This document shows, piece by piece, positions 1 to 8,580 of a stretch of DNA of 64,000 bases (its first letter is position 1; each line of letters begins with the position of its first letter). Position numbers and translations under genes: made by a program. The DNA is from Opitutia bacterium. GTDB taxonomy: Bacteria; Verrucomicrobiota; Verrucomicrobiia; Opitutales; T3Sed10-336. The notes beneath the pieces were generated by a model. The model was not told the DNA's origin, searched no databases, and was given only the letters and a program-made list of their open reading frames with translations. The DNA lies in the NCBI GenBank assembly GCA_003566885.1, contig PXBO01000107.1, positions 17,924 to 81,923 of the forward strand, written 5' to 3'.

Positions 1-456
1 GCGGAACTCGCCGCGGAACTGCCCAACGTCGCATCGGTCAAGGAGTCCTCGACCGACATCCGTAGGGTCGCCGGGATTCGTGAAGCCTGCGGCGACCGGG
101 TGGCCATCGGGGTGGGCGTGGACGATTGCGCACTGGAGTCTTTCGCCATGGGCGCCACGTTCTGGATCACCGGAGTAGGCGGAGCCTTTCCGCGCCACAA
201 CGTCAAGCTCTTCGAACTCGGCAGCACCGGTCGCGTTCAGGAAGCAATGCCTATCTACCTCTGGATGTTGGAAATGTTGCGCATGGACACAGTCCCCAAG
301 TTCGTGCAGTTACTTAAACTCCAGCAACAGATGGCCACCGGCGGCCGTCTCGGAAACACCCGGGTGCGCCCTCCTCGTCTTGAACTGGAGGGTGAGGAAC
401 TCGCCACCGCCACCGCAATCATTAAAAAAGCCCTCGCCAGCGCGCCGGAGCTTTAA
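1..456 (+). CDS. DapA/DHDPS-NAL family lyase, C-terminal part (5' end lies upstream of the window)
   Basis: Frame 1 is open from base 1 (AELAAELPNVASVKESSTDIRRVAGIRE...) and runs into the listed 100..456 ORF. The segment V-K-E-S-S resembles the Schiff-base lysine region of the family (g-i-K-e-s-s). It lies 14 nt upstream of an aldehyde dehydrogenase gene. Confidence 0.8.
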   Translation, partial: AELAAELPNVASVKESSTDIRRVAGIREACGDRVAIGVGVDDCALESFAMGATFWITGVGGAFPRHNVKLFELGSTGRVQEAMPIYLWMLEMLRMDTVPKFVQLLKLQQQMATGGRLGNTRVRPPRLELEGEELATATAIIKKALASAPEL

Positions 457-470
457 CCTTTTTACTCGTT

Positions 471-2036
471 ATGACCACTTCACTCCAAGGCAAATCCTTC
501 ATCGGCTTCTCGCGCTCCACCTCCACGTCAACCTGGTGTCACGGCTTGGACGCAACAACCGGAGAGTCGCTGGAGCCCGCATATAACCGCGCCACCGACG
601 ACGAAGTCGAGCGCGCGGTCAAACTGGCGGAATCGGCCTTCGCCCCCTACTCCGACCTCCCGGGCAAGACCCGCGGCGCTTTCCTGCGTGCCATCGCCGA
701 CGGCATTGAGGCCGCGCTTCCGGCCATCGTCGAACGGGCTCCGCGCGAGACCGGTCTGCCCGACGCCCGCATCCGCGGGGAAACCGCGCGCACCACCGGC
801 CAACTCAGGCTCTTTGCCGCGCTGGCTGAGGAAGGTTCCTGGGTGGACGCCCGTATCGATCGCGCCCAGCCGGACCGGCAGCCCCTGCCCAAACCCGATC
901 TGCGCTGCATGTACCGGCCATTGGGTCCGGTGGCCGTGTACTGCCCCAGCAATTTTCCACTCGCCTTCTCGGTGGCCGGAGGCGACACCGCGTCGGCTTT
1001 GGCGGCCGGCTGTCCCGTCGTGGTAATCGGCCATCATTCCCACCCGGGAGTGGCCGAAATCGTCGGTGATGCGGTGGTCGAGGCCGCCCGGAAAACCGGA
1101 ATGCCCGAAGGTGTCTTCTCCCTGCTGTTCGGCGGCGGCCGCCAGGTCGGACTCTCCGTCGTTCGCCATCCCGCAATCCACGCGGTCGGTTTCACCGGCT
1201 CACGGGCCGGCGGCACCGCCCTGATGGAGGCGGCCGCCCAAAGGCAGCGCCCCATCCCGGTTTACGCGGAAATGAGTTCCGTCAACCCGGTGGTCTTCCT
1301 TCCCGGCGCCTTGGAAGGGGACAAGGCCGCCACGCTGGCCGAAGGCTTTTTTGGCTCTCTCACCCTGGGCGTCGGCCAGTTCTGCACCAATCCGGGACTG
1401 GTCTTTCTGCCGGAAACCGGCGGGGAAGCTTTCCTTGACCGCCTGCGAGCGCTGGTCGAAGACGCCGCGCCAGGAGTGATGCTGAATGCCTCCATCGCCT
1501 GCGCCTATGCGGATGCCGCCGAGGCGCTCGCCCAACAGACCGGCGTGCAGGTTCTGGCCCGGGCCCAAAAGTCGCCCGGAAAAAACCAGGGAGCTCCTTT
1601 GGTCCTGGAAGTATCGGCCGCCGATTTCGCCGCCAACCCGGCACTGCAAGGAGAGATGTTCGGCCCGGCCTGCCTGTTGGTGCGCGGCGCCCCGGAAAGC
1701 ATCGAGGCGGCCATCGCCACACTCGAAGGCCAGCTCACCGCCACCATCCACGGCACGGAAGAGGAAATCGCATCCCAACCGCGCCTGGTAACCGCCCTCA
1801 AAGAACGAACGGGCCGTCTCATCTTCAACGGGTTTCCCACCGGCGTCGAAGTCTGCGCCAGCATTGTCCACGGCGGCCCCTACCCGGCCACCTCCGACGG
1901 ACGAAGCACTTCCGTCGGCACCCTGGCAATTTACCGCTTCTGCCGGCCGGTCGCCTGGCAGAACGCACCCCAGTCAATTCTTCCGCCGGAACTGCAAGAC
2001 GCCAATCCACTCGGAATCAAGCAGTCGGTTCACTGA
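471..2036 (+). CDS. NAD(P)+ aldehyde dehydrogenase, alpha-ketoglutaric-semialdehyde (2,5-dioxovalerate) dehydrogenase-like
   Basis: 521 aa. ALDH hallmarks are present: the catalytic-Cys segment GQFCTNPG, the Glu segment YAEMSSVNP, and FTGS. The N-terminal pattern and the DapA-family neighbour fit KGSADH of the L-arabinose, hydroxyproline or glucarate routes. Superfamily assignment is solid; substrate assignment is inferred. Confidence 0.85.
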   Translation: MTTSLQGKSFIGFSRSTSTSTWCHGLDATTGESLEPAYNRATDDEVERAVKLAESAFAPYSDLPGKTRGAFLRAIADGIEAALPAIVERAPRETGLPDARIRGETARTTGQLRLFAALAEEGSWVDARIDRAQPDRQPLPKPDLRCMYRPLGPVAVYCPSNFPLAFSVAGGDTASALAAGCPVVVIGHHSHPGVAEIVGDAVVEAARKTGMPEGVFSLLFGGGRQVGLSVVRHPAIHAVGFTGSRAGGTALMEAAAQRQRPIPVYAEMSSVNPVVFLPGALEGDKAATLAEGFFGSLTLGVGQFCTNPGLVFLPETGGEAFLDRLRALVEDAAPGVMLNASIACAYADAAEALAQQTGVQVLARAQKSPGKNQGAPLVLEVSAADFAANPALQGEMFGPACLLVRGAPESIEAAIATLEGQLTATIHGTEEEIASQPRLVTALKERTGRLIFNGFPTGVEVCASIVHGGPYPATSDGRSTSVGTLAIYRFCRPVAWQNAPQSILPPELQDANPLGIKQSVH

Positions 2037-2075
2037 CGGGCCCGTCCCGTATTCAATTTCAAATGTGTCGTATTC

Positions 2076-3650
2076 CTACGGATACGCGACCGGACCCTGT
2101 GGGCCCAGAGGGATGCCGATCCAGATCCATATGACGAACATGATGAGCCAGACGATGGTGAATACGATCGTGTAGGGCAGCATCAGCGAGATCAGCGTGC
2201 CGATTCCGGCGTTCGCACGGTATCGCTGGATGAACATCAGTACGATAATCAAATACGGATTCAGCGGAGTGATGATGTTGGTCGTGGAATCACCGATACG
2301 GTAGGCGGCCTGGGTGAGCTCGGGACTGATTCCGACCATCATAAACATCGGCACGAAGATCGGTGCGAAAACCGCGTACTTGGCCGACATCGAACCGATC
2401 AGCAGGTTGAAGCCGCCGGTGATGAAAACAAAAACGACCAGCAGTCCCCATATCGGGAGCGCGGCTTGTCCGAGAGACTGTCCGCCGAACTCGGCGAGCA
2501 TTCGGCCGAGTCCGCTTTCGGCAAAACAACCAATGAACTGACCGGCGAAGAATGCCAGGACGATAATCGGCGCCATGGCGGAAATGCTTTCGGTGAAGAG
2601 CTTCGCCACATCTTTGTCGTTGCGGATCACTTTCTGGTGGATCCCATACGTCACGCCCGGCACAAAGAGGGCGAAAAAAAGGAGAGGCACCACCACAACG
2701 AACCATCGCTGCCAATCGGGATCCTCTCCCGGCGCCACCAGCCCCTCACCGATCGTCCCGTACAGCGGAGCCCCCGGTATCAGGATGGTGGACAGCAGAA
2801 TGCCGAAGAACACCGCAGTCGCGCCCAGTGCGATAAACACCCCCTTGGCCTCCGAGGAGGTCACCTTGTCGGGTTGTTCGTGAGTTGAAGAATCGTCGAT
2901 CGAGTTTCCGTTGTTGGACCGCAGCGCCGGTTCGACAAGTTTTTCACTCGTCCACCATCCGGCCAGCGTCAGGACAAAGGTCGAGACAATCATGAAGTAC
3001 CAGTTGGCGACCGGGCTGACCGAATACTCCGGATCGATAATGCGCGCCCCTTCCTGGCTGAGCTCGGCCAGCATGGGGTCGAGCGTGGTGATCATGAGGT
3101 TCGCGTTGAATCCGGCCGAAACGCCGGCGAACGCGGCGGCGATTCCCGCGAGCGGCGGGCGCCCGAACGAAATGTACACCAGCGCGGCCAACGGAGGAAG
3201 CACGATGTATCCCGCGTCGCTCGCCACCGTTGAAAGAATTCCAAGAAAAATCGTAGCCGGGGTCAGCAGGTGGTTCGGTAGACGGGTGAGGGTCAACCGG
3301 AGAAGAGCCGAAATAAACCCCGTGCGTTCCGCCACCCCGATTCCGAGCATCCCGACCAAGACAATCCCCAACGGCGGGAAATTGATGAAGTGATTCCTGA
3401 CGTTCTTCAGCACCCAGAAGATGCCGTCGGAGGTGGCCAGGCTGGTGGGCCGGTGCACCTCGCCGGTCCTCTCCCACTGCACTTCGCCAGGGGCGACCTC
3501 TACCGGCCGGCGCTCGACGACTTCCCAGTCGAAAACAAAGGCGAGGTGGGAGATCAGGATGACAAGAAGCAATCCCATGGCGAAGAGCGTCGCCGGGTCC
3601 GGCAGGCGGTTTCCGGCGCGCTCTATCGTCTTGAGAAGATGCTGCATCAT
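2076..3650 (-). CDS. AbgT family transporter (p-aminobenzoyl-glutamate / dipeptide-type transporter family)
   Basis: The ORF 2076..3680 starts at TTG; I place the start at the first ATG (3650). MMQHLLKTIERAGNRLPDPATLF resembles the AbgT N-terminus (..VERIGNKVPHPF..). The protein is polytopic and hydrophobic throughout. It lies 30 nt downstream of the zincin gene on the same strand. Confidence 0.85.
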   Translation of the reverse strand: MMQHLLKTIERAGNRLPDPATLFAMGLLLVILISHLAFVFDWEVVERRPVEVAPGEVQWERTGEVHRPTSLATSDGIFWVLKNVRNHFINFPPLGIVLVGMLGIGVAERTGFISALLRLTLTRLPNHLLTPATIFLGILSTVASDAGYIVLPPLAALVYISFGRPPLAGIAAAFAGVSAGFNANLMITTLDPMLAELSQEGARIIDPEYSVSPVANWYFMIVSTFVLTLAGWWTSEKLVEPALRSNNGNSIDDSSTHEQPDKVTSSEAKGVFIALGATAVFFGILLSTILIPGAPLYGTIGEGLVAPGEDPDWQRWFVVVVPLLFFALFVPGVTYGIHQKVIRNDKDVAKLFTESISAMAPIIVLAFFAGQFIGCFAESGLGRMLAEFGGQSLGQAALPIWGLLVVFVFITGGFNLLIGSMSAKYAVFAPIFVPMFMMVGISPELTQAAYRIGDSTTNIITPLNPYLIIVLMFIQRYRANAGIGTLISLMLPYTIVFTIVWLIMFVIWIWIGIPLGPQGPVAYP

Positions 3651-3680
3651 GGCGGAGGTCGGGCTCGCGCTAAGAGTCAA

Positions 3681-5285
3681 TCAGCGGTTGAATCGCGCCG
3701 GCGTAAACCGCCAATCCACCCTGCCCTCGTACGCCATTGTTTCACGCACCAAGTCATAGAGGTCCGGATCGTAGTCCCTCAGCGATTCCCGCGTCGTAAT
3801 CGGATGGGACGCGTCCACCGGCCCGGGAACGTTGTGGCGGGCATCGAAATAGGCGCCCACCGCATCCGCCCAATACGCGATTCGACAGGTGTATCCGGGA
3901 GTTCCCCGCCACAGGTCCTGCGCCACCGCCGCGGAATGAATCGCTTCGAGTCTCTCGTCAAATTCGATGTCGAGTCGTTTGACCCTCAACTCGTACTGTT
4001 GCACTGCACGTCCCCGATCTTCCCAATCGGGATCCACCGGGCGCGTCGCGGTCACTTCGTAAACCGCCTTCGCCATCACGCGGATCAGGAACGACTCCCC
4101 CACCCAGGGATCCCACGGGTCCCCCATCACATTCTCCTCCCCGACAACCAGCAGTTTCGCCTCCGGCCGGTAATACAGAATACGCGCCAGGGCATCAAAA
4201 CCCTCAAGATCCTTTAATTCGTCGTACTCAGGCAGGTCGCCGATCGATTCGTTTTCCCCGAGAACCACAAGCCTGACCCCATCGTCAATCAAGGCTTTGA
4301 GGATATCATGCCGGTAGGCGAAGAGATTGCGGATGGTGTCGTTGGCTTTCAGCAGAGCCTCGTCGCTCGCCTCACGTCCCAGGATGGTGAACTCACGCGC
4401 CCAGGTGAACTTTGTATAATAAGGATCGATATCAAAGTGTTCCGGCGGCGCTTCCACCGACGGCTGTTGGCTGGGGAAACTGTATCGCCAATCCTGTTCC
4501 GGACTCAGATTGAAAATCGTTCGCGCAAGTTCGTAACCGACCGGATCATAGTTCTTCAGCGCCTCCCGAGTGATCACCGGATTGTGATTCCAGTTGTTGG
4601 GACGGTTGCTGTCGAAATAGGACTGCGCTATCTCCCCCCAATACTCCCCCGCGTTGCTAGTGGCGTAGGCTCCCGTCCAAAGTCCGTTATCCATCGCATT
4701 GCGGTAAGCGGCGTTACGGCGCTCGGTCCAGGTGGGATCGATGCCGCGCAAGGTGGAATCAATGGTGTGGAGGAACTCATGAACGGCGATACTTTCGTCA
4801 TCGTACCGATCCAGGGACAAACCCAGCAAATTTTCCTCTCCGAAACTGGTCGGACGTCCCCCGGTGCCTCGAACCCGTTCATTCATAAAATCCGGATTCG
4901 GGTGGTTCCGATATTCCGGCATGTCGGTGTACAACTGATTGGCGCCGATAATGATCAAATACATTCCGTTTTGCGCCATGGCCTCGTTAATATCCGGCCT
5001 TCCCGCCAGCATGTGGGTTACGATGGAATAAGTGATCTGCAGCGCCCGGTCGTCCACTTCGCCGGAAGCGACTACTGGAAGCCCGTTCACGTCGATGTAC
5101 TTCTCGTAGAATTCGCGGGCAACCTCCCGATCGCTTTCTCGAACGAGTTGGAAAAAAGATTCCGGTGGAGGTGTGACTGGAGGCGGCTCGTCTCCGTTCA
5201 ACAACGGCGAAAAGCAGAGCACGCCCAACGTGAAGACCATGAGGCCGAAGCGAAAGCGGGCGGGAAACAGCAGTATTGTGTCCAT
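3681..5285 (-). CDS. Secreted two-domain zincin-like protein: N-terminal HExxH domain plus C-terminal degenerate duplicate
   Basis: 534 aa with an N-terminal hydrophobic signal-like segment (FRFGLMVFTLGVLCFSPLL). HEFLH is encoded at nt 4767..4781, followed about 45 residues later by NAGEYWGEIAQSYF. The second half is a clear internal repeat in which these motifs read ESFLI and RIAYWADAVGAYF. Confidence 0.8.
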   Translation of the reverse strand: MDTILLFPARFRFGLMVFTLGVLCFSPLLNGDEPPPVTPPPESFFQLVRESDREVAREFYEKYIDVNGLPVVASGEVDDRALQITYSIVTHMLAGRPDINEAMAQNGMYLIIIGANQLYTDMPEYRNHPNPDFMNERVRGTGGRPTSFGEENLLGLSLDRYDDESIAVHEFLHTIDSTLRGIDPTWTERRNAAYRNAMDNGLWTGAYATSNAGEYWGEIAQSYFDSNRPNNWNHNPVITREALKNYDPVGYELARTIFNLSPEQDWRYSFPSQQPSVEAPPEHFDIDPYYTKFTWAREFTILGREASDEALLKANDTIRNLFAYRHDILKALIDDGVRLVVLGENESIGDLPEYDELKDLEGFDALARILYYRPEAKLLVVGEENVMGDPWDPWVGESFLIRVMAKAVYEVTATRPVDPDWEDRGRAVQQYELRVKRLDIEFDERLEAIHSAAVAQDLWRGTPGYTCRIAYWADAVGAYFDARHNVPGPVDASHPITTRESLRDYDPDLYDLVRETMAYEGRVDWRFTPARFNR

Positions 5286-5363
5286 GAGAAGGACGATTAT
5301 TCAGTTGGCACACTACTCAATGCAAGGCATTTTTCTCCCACCCCGTGGTTGCGCAATTATTCC

Positions 5364-5699
5364 GTGATCGTTACGCTCGGGCGGAAGAACCGGCCTTTAA
5401 ACCTATACATCAGCGGGCCGGGGCATCTGAAACTCGAACTGGCGATCAATACGCACGACACCGCCCGGCTGCACCTCGGCGGCAACAATACCTATACCGG
5501 CGGCACGACTATTCTTGGCAGCGCGATGGATGAATTCGCCGGGTCGAGCGACGGCATCATTCTGGACGTGACTTCGACCGGCGCTTTCGGCACCGCGGAC
5601 GTCCTTGCCGATGCCCGCAAGGGCGGCCTAATGGAAAGAATGTGTCGATGCAATGATCCGCAAACGGGAAGGCGGGCCCGACCCGCCCGGCTTCGCTGA
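5364..5699 (+). pseudogene. Fragment of an autotransporter-associated beta-strand repeat (PATR-type) protein
   Basis: In-frame translation reads ..ISGPGHLKLELAINTHDTARLHLGGNNTYTGGTTILGSAMDEF..DVTSTGAFGTADVLADA.., which matches the G-x-NTYTGGTT repeat signature. There is only about one repeat unit, no ATG (GTG at 5364), and no signal peptide. The listed long ORF 4308..5699 is antisense shadow upstream of about 5290. Confidence 0.4.
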
Positions 5700-5741
5700 A
5701 AAGACCGCCAGTTCGGAGAAACGGGTTGGCGGTCTTTTTTT
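5698..5741. terminator. Strong intrinsic terminator, probably bidirectional
   Basis: aaaagaccgcc(a)...(t)ggcggtctttt: 9 perfect bp (5701-5709 with 5728-5736), extendable with A-T/G-U pairs to about 15 bp around a 6-nt loop. A T7 run follows on the plus strand and T4 on the minus strand. It lies about 110 nt downstream of the minus-strand gene ending at 5853 and directly after the plus-strand fragment. Confidence 0.75.
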
Positions 5742-5852
5742 GCAGACGCCCTTTGCAGAAACTGAGTTTGAAATCCGGCGCGATTCGCACAAAAATTTTG
5801 CCGAGCGGCGTCCGGGTTTTATATTGAAACTTCGATTTCGCCTATGTTCCCG

Positions 5853-8093
5853 TTAATGCACAAAAAAATCATCCGCCACGCCGCCCGGAACTTCAATCGT
5901 CATTTGATCGACGTGCTGGCTCCAGCCGCCCTCTGTCCATTGAGCGATAGTCAGTTCATCGCCATCGATCTGGACGTAGAAAAAGTCGCCGGGTCTGTAG
6001 CCGCGCTGGCCCGCACCTGCGGAAAGGTAGGTATACCCCCGCCACTCGCCGATGAAGGCGGCGTGGTTGTGGCCGGCGATTAAAAGAACAACATTGTAGC
6101 CGGCGATCAACTCTTCAAGCAGGTCGCGGGCTTCGTCGTCCCACCAGCTTTTGCCCCAGCCATCCCACCCGTAATGCTGGGCAAGAATGACGGGGCGGCC
6201 GGAATCGCCGACGTTTTCCTTGAGCGTTTCCTCAAGGAACTCGAGACTTTTCTCCGGATCGTGGTTTTGCGGCGACGGGCCCGACTGGCAATGTTCGGGG
6301 CCGGATCCGGCAAAGTTGTTCAGTTGCACAAGGTGCACGTGCTCCCAGTCCCATGAGTAGTGCAACCCGTTCTCGGACACCATCGTCAGGCCGGGACGTT
6401 CCTTGTTACGTTCGCGGATCCCCTCGCGAACGAAGCTGCCCGGTCCCCCGTCGTGGTTGCCGAAGCCTTCATAGCTCGGATAGGCCAGCAGCCCGTCGGT
6501 CCCGTCCAGGCTGTAGTGGGCGGTGAACTCTTCCCAGCCCACCGGGCCCTCCTCGGGGTGGAAGCCGCGGTCCACCAGATCGCCGGTGACGATCACGCCC
6601 ATGGGGGTGCGGACGACGCCCCCGCCAACGTTCTCGGGCAATTCCCGGCCGGGCAACCGGTTCATCATTTCCAGGGTCGCCTGGTTCGACTGGTAGATCA
6701 GCCGGGTGCCGTTATAGTGCGTGTCCGATGTCGCCAGAAATGCGACAAAGCCGGGTTTGCGCTCGTCGGTGGTGCGGAAGGTCCAGACTTCGCCGCGGCT
6801 GTCCGGCAGGCCGGCGTTGATCTGCTCCACCCGCCAGTAGTATTGCCGGCCGTGCTCCAACGGCAGGTCGGCAGGAATCGTCACCTCGGTCACGTCGGGG
6901 CCGAGGCCTTCGATCACCGGGTTGGTGGCCTGGGCGACCTCGTCCTCGTCGACCCCGAAATACAGATTCTGCGATTCCACCCATGGGCCGGTTTGCCACT
7001 CCAGGGTGTCGTGATCGACGGCGACATTGCCGAAATGGCGCGACGGATGGGGGGCGCGGGCCGGCCCGTCGCTGGCCTCAAAGGACCAGACTCTCCCTTG
7101 CACCGACACATCGCCGGCATGGTCAAGCTGATCGACGCGCCAATAGTAGGTTTGGCCGGGGACAATCGTATCGACGCTCAGGCCGTGGAAGCCGGAGGCG
7201 ACTTCCCCAAGCAGCCGCGCCTCGGACGGGCTGTCCGCTTCCAGTGCCTCCCGGTCGGTGGCCAAATACACACGGAAGCCGTCGTTTTCGTCGCCGGGTG
7301 TCCAGATCAGCTGGGTCTGTAACGATTCGATCGTGCTCGCGTCGGCGGGCATGGGGTCGAATGCCTCGTGATGGCCCATGTGCTGGCGGATCTGGACGCG
7401 CGTGAGCGCTTCGTCGAAGATGTGGCTTGAGGCGACGGCGCCGGTGAAGATCTGGGTGGGCTCCTCATCGCGCTTGTCCCACGCGGTGCCGAGATAGACA
7501 CGCTCGCCGGCTTCGGTGGCGAGGTTGAACGGTCTCTCGATGTTCAATTCGCCATTGACGTAGATACGCAGCAACCCGGGCTCGTACGACCAGGCAAGGT
7601 GGTGCCACTCCCCTGCAGAGGGAGGCGTTTCCTCATAGAAGCCGGTGTCGCCGGTGCCCCAACTCGAGAAGGCGCCGCGCGGGCTGCCCCCGTAGGCGAA
7701 CTCCGCGCTGTTGTCCGGACGCCGGCCGATCGCGAGCACGTGCTCGCGATGGCCTCGTACCGTGGGCGTGTAGGCCCAGACGATCACGGTGAACGCGTTG
7801 TTGCCGGTGATGCTGTTGGGCGCCGAGAAATTCGACTGCATCCAGTACCGGCGGTCGTAGTTGACCGCCTTTCGGCCGCCGATCACTTCAACGAGAGGTT
7901 GGTTGGCGGCCTCGACGGCTTCGAATCGGCCGCCGAGCGAGCCTTCGTTGTGCCAGACATCCAGCCGGCCTTCCTTCAGGTTTTCCGCCTCGACCTTGAC
8001 AAGCGGCTCCGGCAGGTCGCTCGCTTCGACAGAGAAGCCCAGGCAGGCCGCCGTTCCCGCTGCAAGAACACCAATCCACCAAGTGCCGCTCAT
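5853..8093 (-). CDS. Secreted LamG-domain / 2x Fn3-like / calcineurin-like metallophosphoesterase
   Basis: The ORF runs 5853..8240; the start is set at Met50 (cat at 8091-8093), giving the signal peptide MSGTWWIGVLAAGTAACLGFSVEA. It contains a LamG-like segment (..EWHHLAWSYEPGLLRIYVNGEL..) and two roughly 90-aa repeats ending GQTYYWRVDQ..VWSFE and GRQYYWRVEQ..VWTFR. Metallophosphoesterase motifs are SDTHY, GDLVD, GNHD and AGHNH. Confidence 0.85.
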   Translation of the reverse strand: MSGTWWIGVLAAGTAACLGFSVEASDLPEPLVKVEAENLKEGRLDVWHNEGSLGGRFEAVEAANQPLVEVIGGRKAVNYDRRYWMQSNFSAPNSITGNNAFTVIVWAYTPTVRGHREHVLAIGRRPDNSAEFAYGGSPRGAFSSWGTGDTGFYEETPPSAGEWHHLAWSYEPGLLRIYVNGELNIERPFNLATEAGERVYLGTAWDKRDEEPTQIFTGAVASSHIFDEALTRVQIRQHMGHHEAFDPMPADASTIESLQTQLIWTPGDENDGFRVYLATDREALEADSPSEARLLGEVASGFHGLSVDTIVPGQTYYWRVDQLDHAGDVSVQGRVWSFEASDGPARAPHPSRHFGNVAVDHDTLEWQTGPWVESQNLYFGVDEDEVAQATNPVIEGLGPDVTEVTIPADLPLEHGRQYYWRVEQINAGLPDSRGEVWTFRTTDERKPGFVAFLATSDTHYNGTRLIYQSNQATLEMMNRLPGRELPENVGGGVVRTPMGVIVTGDLVDRGFHPEEGPVGWEEFTAHYSLDGTDGLLAYPSYEGFGNHDGGPGSFVREGIRERNKERPGLTMVSENGLHYSWDWEHVHLVQLNNFAGSGPEHCQSGPSPQNHDPEKSLEFLEETLKENVGDSGRPVILAQHYGWDGWGKSWWDDEARDLLEELIAGYNVVLLIAGHNHAAFIGEWRGYTYLSAGAGQRGYRPGDFFYVQIDGDELTIAQWTEGGWSQHVDQMTIEVPGGVADDFFVH

Positions 8094-8580
8094 TGATTCC
8101 CGTGATCGATTGATTTCAAGCATTTCACCTATTCCTTTTGAAGTTATCAATAACTCAGCAATCGTTTCTCGAGCAGTAATCGCTACGGTCCGTTTGTGAA
8201 GAATGCCCGGCCCCGAGATAATCATGCAAACGATCGCCAATTGAATTCACAGCTGGAGCACCCCCGGAATGTCAAGGGGAGAAATTCAAAAATGGCCCGC
8301 CCGGGAAATTCGCGGGTCGATCTTGCACACCCTCGGTGGTGCGGGACATTTACGGGGGCTCAAGGCCCCCCGCGCCCTACGGCCGGGGCAACTGAATGGG
8401 AAGAAACAAATCGGAAAACCAAAAAACGTTGACCAGGCTATCCCCCTACCCTGAAATTTCGGCTCGCCGGTGACTGGTCCCGAACCGACCGGTGACACCC
8501 ACCTTTCGGCTCACGTGGGCAAAAACTCCCGGAAGTGTTGATGGGGGCACTACGAAATGGGATGGTCGCAAAACGCGTAA

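Noticed and set aside
8241-8580. Small ORFs (8196..8432, 8269..8454, 8286..8498 and others) between the two phosphoesterase genes.
   Set aside because: They are overlapping, mutually exclusive frames with no motifs. Part of the region may instead be the degraded 5' portion of the PAP-like pseudogene.
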